Positions 29,901-44,500 of a stretch of 64,000 nt of DNA are shown here, in pieces. Made by a program: the position numbers and the translations under genes. The notes below the pieces were generated by a model. That model was not told where the DNA came from, searched no databases, and saw nothing but the letters and a program-made list of their open reading frames with translations. Within the stretch, counting starts at the first letter, position 1; each line of letters starts with the position of its first letter. The stretch lies in assembly GCF_009914755.1 (NCBI RefSeq), contig NC_060925.1; one strand, written 5' to 3'. The stretch comes from the human T2T-CHM13v2.0 reference genome, Homo sapiens.

Positions 29901-32900
29901 GACCCGAATGGAATCATCATCCAACGGAAGCTAATGGAATCAACATCGAATGAATCGAATGGAAACACCATCGAATTGAAACGAATGGAATTATCATGAA
30001 ATTGAAATGGATGGACTCATCATCGAATGGATTCGAATGGAATCATCGAATAAAATTGATTGAAATCATCATCCAATGGAATCGAATGGTATCATTGAAT
30101 GGAATCGAATGGAATCATCATCAGATGGAAATGAATGGAATCGTCATAGAATGGAATCGAATGGATTCATTGAATGGAATCAGATGGAATCATCGAATGG
30201 ACTGGAATGGAATCATTGAATGGAATCGAAAGGGATCATAATTGAATGGAATTGAATGGAATCATCGAATGGTCTCGATTGGAATCATTATCAAATGGAA
30301 TCGAATGGAATCACCGAATAGAATCGAATGGAACAATCATCGAATGGACTCAAATGGAATTATCCTCCAATGGAATCGAATGGAATTATCGAATGCAATC
30401 GAATGGAATTATCGAATGCAATCGAATAGAATCATCGAATGGACTCGAATGGAATCATCGAATGGAATGGAATGGAACAGTCAATGAACTCGAATGGAAT
30501 CATCATTGAATGGAATCGAATGGAATCATCGAGTGGAATCGAATGGAATTATGATCAAATGGAATCGAATGTAATCATCATCAAATGGAATCAAAAATAA
30601 CCATCATCAATTGGTATTGAATGGAATTGTCATCAAATGGAATTCAAAGGAATCATCATCAAATGGAACCGAATGGAATCCTCATTGAATGGAAATGAAA
30701 GGGGTCATCATGTAATGGAATCGCATGGAATCATCATCAAATGGAATCGAATGGAATCATCATCAAATGGAATCTAATGGAATCATTGAACAGAATTGAA
30801 TGGAATCGTCATCGAATGAATTGAATGCAATCATCGAATGGTCTCGAATGGAATCATCTTCTAATGGAAAGGAATGGAATCATCGCATAGAATCGAATGG
30901 AATTATCATCGAATGGAATCGAATGGTATCAACACCAAACGGAAAAAAACGGAATTATCGAATGGAATCGAAGAGAATCTTCGAACGGACCCGAATGGAA
31001 TCATCTAATGGAATGGAATGGAATAATCCATGGACTCGAATGCAATCATCATCGAATGGAATCGAATGGAATCATCGAATGGACTCGAATGGAATAATCA
31101 TTGAACGGAATCGATTGGAATCATCATCGGATGGAAACGAATGGAATCATCATCGAATGGAAATGAAAGGAGTCATCATCTAATGGAATTGCATGGAATC
31201 ATCATAAAATGGAATCGAATGGAATCAACATCAAATGGAATCAAATGGAATCATTGAACGGAATTGAATGGAATCGTCATCGAATGAATTGACTGCAATC
31301 ATCCAATGGTCTCGAATGGAATCATCTTCAAATGGAATGGAATGGAATCATCGCATAAAATCGAATGGAATTATCATCGAATGGAATCGAATGGAATCAA
31401 CATCCAACGGAAAAAAACGGAATTATCGAATGGAATCGAAGAGAATCATCGAATGGACCCGAATGGAATCATCTAATGGAATGGAATGGAATAATCCATG
31501 GACTCGAATGCAATCATCATCGAATGGAATCGAATGGAATCATCGAATGGACTCGAATGGAATAATCATTGAACGGAATCGAATGGAATCATCATCGGAT
31601 GGAAATGAATGGAATCATCATCGAATGGAATCGAATAGAATTATGGAATGAAATCCAGTGTGATCATCATCGAATGGACCCGAATGGAATCATCATCCAA
31701 CGGAAGCTAATGGAATCAACATCGAATGAATCAAATGGAAACACCATCGAATTGAAACGAATGGAATTATCATGAAATTGAAATGGATGGACTCATCATC
31801 GAATGGATTCGAATGGAATCATCGAATAAAATTGATTGAAATCATCATCCAATGGAATCGAATGGTATCATTGAATGGAATCGAATGGAATCATCATCAG
31901 ATGGAAATGAATGGAATCGTCATAGAATGGAATCGAATGGATTCATTGAATGGAATCAGATGGAATCATCGAATGGACTGGAATGGAATCATTGAATGGA
32001 CTCGAAAGGGATCATGATTGAATGGAATTGAATGGAATCATCGAATGGTCTCGATTGGAATCATTATCAAATGGAATCGAATGGAATCCCCGAATAGAAT
32101 CGAATGGAACAATCATCGAATGGACTCAAATGGAATTATCCTCCAATGGAATCGAATGGAATTATCGAATGCAATCGAATGGAATTATCGAATGCAATCG
32201 AATAGAATCATCGAATGGACTCGAATGGAATCATCGAATGGAATGGAATGGAACAGTCAATGAACTCGAATGGAATCATCATTGAATGGAATCGAATGGA
32301 ATCATCGAGTGGAATCGAATGGAATTATGATCAAATGGAATCGAATGTAATCATCATCAAATGGAATCAAAAATAACCATCATCAATTGGTATTGAATGG
32401 AATTGTCATCAAATGGAATTCAAAGGAATCATCATCAAATGGAACCGAATGGAATCCTCATTGAATGGAAATGAAAGGGGTCATCATCTAATGGAATCGC
32501 ATGGAATCATCATCAAATGGAATCGAATGGAATCATCATCAAATGGAATCTAATGGAATCATTGAACAGAATTGAATGGAATCGTCATCGAATGAATTGA
32601 ATGCAATCATCGAATGGTCTCGAATGGAATCATCTTCTAATGGAAAGGAATGGAATCATCGCATAGAATCGAATGGAATTATCATCGAATGGAATCGAAT
32701 GGTATCAACACCAAACGGAAAAAAACGGAATTATCGAATGGAATCGAAGAGAATCTTCGAACGGACCCGAATGGAATCATCTAATGGAATGGAATGGAAT
32801 AATCCATGGACTCGAATGCAATCATCATCGAATGGAATCGAATGGAATCATCGAATGGACTCGAATGGAATAATCATTGAACGGAATCGATTGGAATCAT

Positions 32901-35900
32901 CATCGGATGGAAACGAATGGAATCATCATCGAATGGAAATGAAAGGAGTCATCATCTAATGGAATTGCATGGAATCATCATAAAATAGAATCGAATGGAA
33001 TCAACATCAAATGGAATCAAATGGAATCATTGAACGGAATTGAATGGAATCGTCATCGAATGAATTGACTGCAATCATCCAATGGTCTCGAATGGAATCA
33101 TCTTCAAATGGAATGGAATGGAATCATCGCATAGAATCGAATGGAATTATCATCGAATGGAATCGAATGGAATCAACATCCAACGGAAAAAAACGGAATT
33201 ATCGAATGGAATCGAAGAGAATCATCGAATGGACCCGAATGGAATCATCTAATGGAATGGAATGGAATAATCCATGGACTCGAATGCAATCATCATCGAA
33301 TGGAATCGAATGGAATCATCGAATGGACTCGAATGGAATAATCATTGAACGGAATCGAATGGAATCATCATCGGATGGAAATGAATGGAATCATCATCGA
33401 ATGGAATCGAATAGAATTATGGAATGAAATCCAGTGTGATCATCATCGAATGGACCCGAATGGAATCATCATCCAACGGAAGCTAATGGAATCAACATCG
33501 AATGAATCAAATGGAAACACCATCGAATTGAAACGAATGGAATTATCATGAAATTGAAATGGATGGACTCATCATCGAATGGATTCGAATGGAATCATCG
33601 AATAAAATTGATTGAAATCATCATCGAATGGAATCGAATGGTATCATTGAATGGAATCGAATGGAATCATCATCAGATGGAAATGAATGGAATCGTCATA
33701 GAATGGAATCGAATGGATTCATTGAATGGAATCAGATGGAATCATCGAATGGACTGGAATGGAATCATTGAATGGACTCGAAAGGGATCATGATTGAATG
33801 GAATTGAATGGAATCATCGAATGGTCTCGATTGGAATCATTATCAAATGGAATCGAATGGAATCACCGAATAGAATCGAATGGAACAATCATCGAATGGA
33901 CTCAAATGGAATTATCCTCCAATGGAATCGAATGGAATTATCGAATGCAATCGAATGGAATTATCGAATGCAATCGAATAGAATCATCGAATGGACTCGA
34001 ATGGAATCATCGAATGGAATGGAATGGAACAGTCAATGAACTCGAATGGAATCATCATTGAATGGAATCGAATGGAATCATCGAGTGGAATCGAATGGAA
34101 TTATGATCAAATGGAATCGAATGTAATCATCATCAAATGGAATCAAAAATAACCATCATCAATTGGTATTGAATGGAATTGTCATCAAATGGAATTCAAA
34201 GGAATCAATATCAAATGGAACCGAATGGAATCCTCATTGAATGGAAATGAAAGGGGTCATCATCTAATGGAATCGCATGGAATCATCATCAAATGGAATC
34301 GAATGGAATCATCATCAAATGGAATCTAATGGAATCATTGAACAGAATTGAATGGAATCGTCATCGAATGAATTGAATGCAATCATCGAATGGTCTCGAA
34401 TGGAATCATCTTCTAATGGAAAGGAATGGAATCATCGCATAGAATCGAATGGAATTATCATCGAATGGAATCGAATGGTATCAACACCAAACGGAAAAAA
34501 ACGGAATTATCGAATGGAATCGAAGAGAATCTTCGAACGGACCCGAATGGAATCATCTAATGGAATGGAATGGAATAATCCATGGACTCGAATGCAATCA
34601 TCATCGAATGGAATCGAATGGAATCATCGAATGGACTTGAATGGAATAATCATTGAACGGAATCGATTGGAATCATCATCGGATGGAAACGAATGGAATC
34701 ATCATCGAATGGAAATGAAAGGAGTCATCATCTAATGGAATTGCATGGAATCATCATAAAATGGAATCGAATGGAATCAACATCAAATGGAATCAAATGG
34801 AATCATTGAACGGAATTGAATGGAATCGTCATCGAATGAATTGACTGCAATCATCCAATGGTCTCGAATGGAATCATCTTCAAATGGAATGGAATGGAAT
34901 CATCGCATAGAATCGAATGGAATTATCATCGAATGGAATCGAATGGAATCAACATCCAACGGAAAAAAACGGAATTATCGAATGGAATCGAAGAGAATCA
35001 TCGAATGGACCCGAATGGAATCATCTAATGGAATGGAATGGAATAATCCATGGACTCGAATGCAATCATCATCGAATGGAATCGAATGGAATCATCGAAT
35101 GGACTCGAATGGAATAATCATTGAACGGAATCGAATGGAATCATCATCGGATGGAAATGAATGGAATCATCATCGAATGGAATCGAATAGAATTATGGAA
35201 TGAAATCCATTGTGATCATCATCGAATGGACCCGAATGGAATCATCATCCAACGGAAGCTAATGGAATCAACATCGAATGAATCAAATGGAAACACCATC
35301 GAATTGAAACGAATGGAATTATCATGAAATTGAAATGGATGGACTCATCATCGAATGGATTCGAATGGAATCATCGAATAAAATTGATTGAAATCATCAT
35401 CCAATGGAATCGAATGGTATCATTGAATGGAATCGAATGGAATCATCATCAGATGGAAATGAATGGAATCGTCATAGAATGGAATCGAATGGATTCATTG
35501 AATGGAATCAGATGGAATCATCGAATGGACTGGAATGGAATCATTGAATGGACTCGAAAGGGATCATTATTGAATGGAATTGAATGGAATCATCGAATGG
35601 TCTCGATTGGAATCATTATCAAATGGAATCGAATGGAATCACCGAATAGAATCGAATGGAACAATCATCGAATGGACTCAAATGGAATTATCCTCCAATG
35701 GAATCGAATGGAATTATCGAATGCAATCGAATGGAATTATCGAATACAATCGAATAGAATCATCGAATGGACTCGAATGGAATCATCGAATGGAATGGAA
35801 TGGAACAGTCAATGAACTCGAATGGAATCATCATTGAATGGAATCGAATGGAATCATCGAGTGGAATCGAATGGATTTATGATCAAATGGAATCGAATGT

Positions 35901-37932
35901 AATCATCATCAAATGGAATCAAAAATAACCATCATCAATTGGTATTGAATGGAATTGTCATCAAATGGAATTCAAAGGAATCATCATCAAATGGAACCGA
36001 ATGGAATCCTCATTGAATGGAAATGAAAGGGGTCATCATCTAATGGAATCGCATGGAATCATCATCAAATGGAATCGAATGGAATCATCATCAAATGGAA
36101 TCTGATGGAATCATTGAACAGAATTGAATGGAATCGTCATCGAATGAATTGAATGCAATCATCGAATGGTCTCGAATGTAATCATCTTCTAATGGAAAGG
36201 AATGGAATCATCGCATAGAATCGAATGGAATTATCATCGAATGGAATCGAATGGTATCAACACCAAACGGAAAAAAACGGAATTATCGAATGGAATCGAA
36301 GAGAATCTTCGAACGGACCCGAATGGAATCATCTAATGGAATGGAATGGAATAATCCATGGACTCGAATGCAATCATCATCGAATGGAATCGAATGGAAT
36401 CATCGAATGGACTCGAATGGAATAATCATTGAACGGAATCGATTGGAATCATCATCGGATGGAAACGAATGGAATCATCATCGAATGGAAATGAAAGGAG
36501 TCATCATCTAATGGAATTGCATGGAATCATCATAAAATGGAATCGAATGGAATCAACATCAAATGGAATCAAATGGAATCATTGAACGGAATTGAATGGA
36601 ATCGTCATCGAATGAATTGACTGCAATCATCCAATGGTCTCGAATGGAATCATCTTCAAATGGAATGGAATGGAATCATCGCATAGAATCGAATGGAATT
36701 ATCATCGAATGGAATCGAAAGGAATCAACATCCAACGGAAAAAAACGGAATTATCGAATGGAATCGAAGAGAATCATCGAATGGACCCGAATGGAATCAT
36801 CTAATGGAATGGAATGGAATAATCCATGGACTCGAATGCAATCATCATCGAATGGAATCGAATGGAATCATCGAATGGACTCGAATGGAATAATCATTGA
36901 ACGGAATCGAATGGAATCATCATCGGATGGAAATGAATGGAATCATCATCGAATGGAATCGAATAGAATTATGGAATGAAATCCAGTGTGATCATCATCG
37001 AATGGACCCGAATGGAATCATCATCCAACGGAAGCTAATGGAATCAACATCGAATGAATCAAATGGAAACACCATCGAATTGAAACGAATGGAATTATCA
37101 TGAAATTGAAATGGATGGACTCATCATCGAATGGATTCGAATGGAATCATCGAATAAAATTGATTGAAATCATCATCGAATGGAATCGAATGGTATCATT
37201 GAATGGAATCGAATGGAATCATCATCAGATGGAAATGAATGGAATCGTCATAGAATGGAATCGAATGGATTCATTGAATGGAATCAGATGGAATCATCGA
37301 ATGGACTGGAATGGAATCATTGAATGGACTCGAAAGGGATCATGATTGAATGGAATTGAATGGAATCATCGAATGGTCTCGATTGGAATCATTATCAAAT
37401 GGAATCGAATGGAATCACCGAATAGAATCGAATGGAACAATCATCGAATGGACTCAAATGGAATTATCCTCCAATGGAATCGAATGGAATTATCGAATGC
37501 AATCGAATGGAATTATCGAATACAATCGAATAGAATCATCGAATGGACTCGAATGGAATCATCGAATGGAATGGAATGGAACAGTCAATGAACTCGAATG
37601 GAATCATCATTGAATGGAATCGAATGGAATCATCGAGTGGAATCGAATGGATTTATGATCAAATGGAATCGAATGTAATCATCATCAAATGGAATCAAAA
37701 ATAACCATCATCAATTGGTATTGAATGGAATTGTCATCAAATGGAATTCAAAGGAATCATCATCAAATGGAACCGAATGGAATCCTCATTGAATGGAAAT
37801 GAAAGGGGTCATCATCTAATGGAATCGCATGGAATCATCATCAAATGGAATCGAATGGAATCATCATCAAATGGAATCTGATGGAATCATTGAACAGAAT
37901 TGAATGGAATCGTCATCGAATGAATTGAATGC

Positions 37933-38518
37933 AATCATCAAATGGTCTCGAATGTAATCACATTCTAATGGAAAGGAATGGAATCATCGCATAGAATCGA
38001 ATGGAATTAACATTGAATGGACTCGAATGGAATCAACATCAAAAGGAATCAAGCGGAATTATCGAATGGAATCGAAGAAAATCATCGAATGGTCTCGAAT
38101 GGAATCATCTTCTAATGGAAAGGAATGGAATCATCGCATAGAATCGAATGGAATTAACATTGAATGGACTCGAATGGAATCAACATCAAATGGAATCAAG
38201 CGGAATTATCGAATGAAATCGAAGAGAATCATCGAATGGACTCGAATGGAATCATCTAATGGAATGGAATGGAATAATCCACGGACTCGAATGCAATCAT
38301 CATCGTATAGAATCGAATGGAATCATCGAATGGACTCGAATGGAATAATCATTGAACGGAATCGAATGGAATCATCATCGGATGGAAACGAATGGAATCA
38401 TTATCGAATGGAAATGTAAGGAGTCATCATCTAATGGAATTGCATGCAATCATCATAAAATGGAATCGAATGGAATCATCATCAAATGGAATCAAATGGA
38501 ATCATTGAACGGAATTGA
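37933..38518 (+). repeat. Divergent HSat2 island: an extra 468-type subunit plus an internal 147-bp duplication (+615 bp net)
   Basis: The period is 2391 = 1776+468+147. GGAATTAACATTGAATGGACTC occurs at 38003 and 38150. GGAATCAAGCGG replaces GGAAAAAAACGG. Confidence 0.9.
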
Positions 38519-41500
38519 ATTGAATCGTCATCGAATGAATTGAATGCAATCATCGAATGGTCTCGAATGGAATCATCTTCAAATGGAATGGAATGGCATC
38601 ATCGCATAGAATCGAATGGAATTATCATCGAATGGAATCGAAAGGAATCAACATCAAACGGAAAAAAACGGAATTATCGAATGGAATCGAAGAGAATCGT
38701 CGAACGGACCCGAATGGAATCATCTAATGGAATGGAATGGAATAATCCATGGACTCGGATGCAATCATCATCGAATGGAATCGAATGGAATCATCGAATG
38801 GACTCGAATGGAATAATCATTGAACGGAATCGAATGGAATCATCATCAGATGGAAACGAATGGAATCATCATCGAATGGAAATGAAAGGAGTCATCATCT
38901 AATGGAATTGCATGGAATCATCATAAAATGGAATCGAATGGAATCAACATCAAATGGAATCAAATGGAATCATTGAACGGAATTGAATGGAATCGTCATC
39001 GAATGAATTGACTGCAATCATCGAATGGTCTCGAATGGAATCATCTTCAAATGGAATGGAATGGAATCATCGCATAGAATCGAATGGAATTATCATCGAA
39101 TGGAATCGAATGGAATCAACATCAAACGGAAAAAAACGGAATTATCGTATGGAATCGAAGAGAATCATCGAATGGACCCGAATGGAATCATCTAATGGAA
39201 TGGAATGGAATAATCCATGGACTCGAATGCAATCATCATCGCATGGAATCGAATGGAATCATCGAATGGACTCGAATGGAATAATCATTGAACGGAATCG
39301 AATGGAATCATCATCGGATGGAAATGAATGGAATCATCATCGAATGGAATCGAATAGAATTATGGAATGAAATCCAGTGTGATCATCATCGAATGGACCC
39401 GAATGGAATCATGATCCAACGGAAGCTAATGGAATCAACATCGAATGAATCGAATGGAAACACCATCGAATTGAAACGAATGGAATTATCATGAAATTGA
39501 AATGGATGGACTCATCATCGAATGGATTCGAATGGAATCATCGAATAAAATTGATTGAAATCATCATCCAATGGAATCGAATGGTATCATTGAATGGAAT
39601 CGAATGGGATCATCATCAGATGGAAATGAATGGAATCGTCATAGAATGGAATCGAATGGATTCATTGAATGGAATCAGATGGAATCATCGAATGGACTGG
39701 AATGGAATCATTGAATGGACTCGAAAGGGATCATTATTGAATGGAATTGAATGGAATCATCGAATGGTCTCGATTGGAATCATTATCAAATGGAATCGAA
39801 TGGAATCACCGAATAGAATGGAATGGAACAATCATCGAATGGACTCAAATGGAATTATCCTCCAATGGAATCGAATGGAATTATCGAATGCAATCGAATG
39901 GAATTATCGAATGCAATCGAATAGAATCATCGGATGGACTCGAATGGAATCATCGCATGGAATGGAATGGAACAGTCAATGAACTCGAATGGAATCATCA
40001 TTGAATGGAATCGAATGGAATCATCGAGTGGAATCGAATGGAATTATGATCAAATGGAATCGAATGTAATCATCATCAAATGGAATCAAAAATAACCATC
40101 ATCAATTGGTATTGAATGGAATTGTCATCAAATGGAATTCAAAGGAATCATCATCAAATGGAACCGAATGGAATCCTCATTGAATGGAAATGAAAGGGGT
40201 CATCATCTAATGGAATCGCATGGAATCATCATCAAATGGAATCGAATGGAATCATCATCAAATGGAATCTAATGGAATCATTGAACAGAATTGAATGGAA
40301 TCGTCATCGAATGAATTGAATGCAATCATTGAATGGTCTCGAATGGAATCATCTTCTAATGGAAAGGAATGGAATCATCGCATAGAATCGAATGGAATTA
40401 TCATCGAATGGAATCGAATGGTATCAACACCAAACGGAAAAAAACGGAATTATCGAATGGAATCGAAGAGAATCTTCGAACGGACCCGAATGGAATCATC
40501 TAATGGAATGGAACGGAATAATCCATGGACTCGAATGCAATCATCATCGAATGGAATCGAATGGAATCATCGAATGGACTCGAATGGAATAATCATTGAA
40601 CGGAATCGAATGGAATCATCATCGGATGGAAACGAATGGAATCATCATCGAATGGAAATGAAAGGAGTCATCATCTAATGGAATTGCATGGAATCATCAT
40701 AAAATGGAATCGAATGGAATCAACATCAAATGGAATCAAATGGAATCATTGAACGGAATTGAATGGAATCGTCATCGAATGAATTGAGTGCAATCATCGA
40801 ATGATCTAGAATGGAATCATCTTCAAATGGAATGGAATGGAATCATCGCATAGAATCGAATGGAAGTATCATCGAATGGAATCGAATGGAATCAACATCA
40901 AACGGAAAAAAACGGAATTATCGAATGGAATCGAAGAGAATCATCGAATGGACCCGAATGGAATCATCTAATGGAATGGAATGGAATAATCCATGGACTC
41001 GAATGCAATCATCATCGAATGGAATCGAATGGAATCATCGAATGGACTCGAATGGAATAATCATTGAACGGAATAGAATGGAATCATCATCGGATGGAAA
41101 TGAATGGAATCATCATCGAATGGAATCGAATAGAATTATGGAATGAAATCCAGTGTGATCATCATCGAATGGACCCGAATGGAATCATCATCCAACGGAA
41201 GCTAATGGAATCAACATCGAATTAATCAAATGGAAACACCATCGAATTGAAACGAATGGAATTATCATGAAATTGAAATGGATGGACTCATCATCGAATG
41301 GATTCGAATGGAATCATCGAATAAAATTGATTGAAATCATCATCGAATGGAATCGAATGGTATCATTGAATGGAATCGAATGGAATCATCATCAGATGGA
41401 AATGAATGGAATCGTCATAGAATGGAATCGAATGGATTCATTGAATGGAATCAGATGGAATCATCGAATGGACTGGAATGGAATCATTGAATGGACTCGA

Positions 41501-44500
41501 AAGGGATCATGATTGAATGGAATTGAATGGAATCATCGAATGGTCTCGATTGGAATCATTATCAAATGGAATCGAATGGAATCACCGAATAGAATCGAAT
41601 GGAACAATCATCGAATGGACTCAAATGGAATTATCCTCCAATGGAATGGAATGGAATTATCGAATGCAATCGAATGGAATTATCGAATGCAATCGAATAG
41701 AATCATCGAATGGACTCGAATGGAATCATCGAATGGAATGGAATGGAACAGTCAATGAACTCGAATGGAATCATCATTGAATGGAATCGAATGGAATCAT
41801 CGAGTGGAATCGAATGGAATTATGATCAAATGGAATCGAATGTAATCATCATCAAATGGAATCAAAAATAACCATCATCAATTGGTATTGAATGGAATTG
41901 TCATCAAATGGAATTCAAAGGAATCATCATCAAATGGAACCGAATGGAATCCTCATTGAATGGAAATGAAAGGGGTCATCATCTAATGGAATCGCATGAT
42001 ATCATCATCAAATGGAATCGAATGGAATCATCATCAAATGGAATCTAATGGAATCATTGAACAGAATTGAATGGAATCGTCATCGAATGAATTGAATGCA
42101 ATCATCGAATGGTCTCGAATGGATTCATCTTCTAATGGAAAGGAATGGAATCATCGCATAGAATCGAATGGAATTATCATCGAATGGAATCGAATGGTAT
42201 CAACACCAAACGGAAAAAAACGGAATTATCGAATGGAATCGAAGAGAATCTTCGAACGGAACCGAATGGAATCATCTAATGGAATGGAATGGAATAATCC
42301 ATGGACTCGAATGCAATCATCATCGAATGGAATCGAATGGAATCATCGAATGGACTCGAATGGAATAATCATTGAACGGAATCGATTGGAATCATCATCG
42401 GATGGAAACGAATGGAATCATCATCGAATGGAAATGAAAGGAGTCATCATCTAATGGAATTGCATGGAATCATCATAAAATGGAATCGAATGGAATCAAC
42501 ATCAAATGGAATCAAATGGAATCATTGAACGGAATTGAATGGAATCGTCATCGAATGAATTGACTGCAATCATCCAATGGTCTCGAATGGAATCATCTTC
42601 AAATGGAATGGAATGGAATCATCGCATAGAAGCGAATGGAATTATCATCGAATGGAATCGAATGGAATCAACATCCAACGGAAAAAAACGGAATTATCGA
42701 ATGGAATCGAAGAGAATCATCGAATGGACCCGAATGGAATCATCTAATGGAAAGGAATGGAATAATCCATGGACTCGAATGCAATCATCATCGAATGGAA
42801 TCGAATGGAATCATCGAATGGACTCGAATGGAATAATCATTGAACGGAATCGAATGGAATCATCATCGGATGGAAATGAATGGAATCATCATCGAATGGA
42901 ATCGAATAGAATTATGGAATGAAATCCAGTGTGATCATCATCGAATGGACCCGAATGGAATCATCATCCAACGGAAGCTAATGGAATCAACATCGAATGA
43001 ATCAAATGGAAACACCATCGAATTGAAACGAATGGAATTATCATGAAATTGAAATGGATGGACTCATCATCGAATGGATTCGAAAGGAATCATCGAATAA
43101 AATTGATTGAAATCATCATCGAATGGAATCGAATGGTATCATTGAATGGAATCGAATGGAATCATCATCAGATGGAAATGAATGGAATCGTCATAGAATG
43201 GAATCGAATGGATTCATTGAATGGAATCAGATGGAATCATCGAATGGACTGGAATGGAATCATTGAATGGACTCGAAAGGGATCATGATTGAATGGAATT
43301 GAATGGAATCATCGAATGGTCTCGATTGGAATCATTATCAAATGGAATCGAATGGAATCACCGAATAGAATCGAATGGAACAATCATCGAATGGACTCAA
43401 ATGGAATTATCCTCCAATGGAATCGAATGGAATTATCGAATGCAATCGAATGGAATTATCGAATGCAATCGAATAGAATCATCGAATGGACTCGAATGGA
43501 ATCATCGAATGGAATGGAATGGAACAGTCAATGAACTCGAATGGAATCATCATTGAATGGAATCGAATGGAATCATCGAGTGGAATCGAATGGAATTATG
43601 ATCAAATGGAATCTAATGTAATCATCATCAAATGGAATCAAAAATAACCATCATCAATTGGTATTGAATGGAATTGTCATCAAATGGAATTCAAAGGAAT
43701 CAATATCAAATGGAACCGAATGGAATCCTCATTGAATGGAAATGAAAGGGGTCATCATCTAATGGAATCGCATGGAATCATCATCAAATGGAATCGAATG
43801 GAATCATCATCAAATGGAATCTAATGGAATCATTGAACAGAATTGAATGGAATCGTCATCGAATGAATTGAATGCAATCATCGAATGGTCTCGAATGGAA
43901 TCATCTTCTAATGGAAAGGAATGGAATCATCGCATAGAATCGAATGGAATTATCATCGAATGGAATCGAATGGTATCAACACCAAACGGAAAAAAACGGA
44001 ATTATCGAATGGAATCGAAGAGAATCTTCGAACGGACCCGAATGGAATCATCTAATGGAATGGAATGGAATAATCCATGGACTCGAATGCAATCATCATC
44101 GAATGGAATCGAATGGAATCATCGAATGGACTCGAATGGAATAATCATTGAACGGAATCGAATGGAATCATCATCGGATGGAAACGAATGGAATCATCAT
44201 CGAATGGAAATGAAAGGAGTCATCATCTAATGGAATTGCATGGAATCATCATAAAATGGAATCGAATGGAATCAACATCAAATGGAATCAAATGGAATCA
44301 TTGAACGGAATTGAATGGAATCGTCATCGAATGAATTGACTGCAATCATCGAATGGTCTCGAATGGAATCATCTTCAAATGGAATGGAATGGAATCATCG
44401 CATAGAATCGAATGGAATTATCATCGAATGGAATCGAATGGAATCAACATCAAACGGAAAAAAACGGAATTATCGAATGGAATTGAAGAGAATCATCGAA

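Noticed and set aside
37933-38226. 147-bp duplication equals nucleosome core length
   Set aside because: Adequately explained as 3 x 49 bp of monomer register, so probably coincidence.
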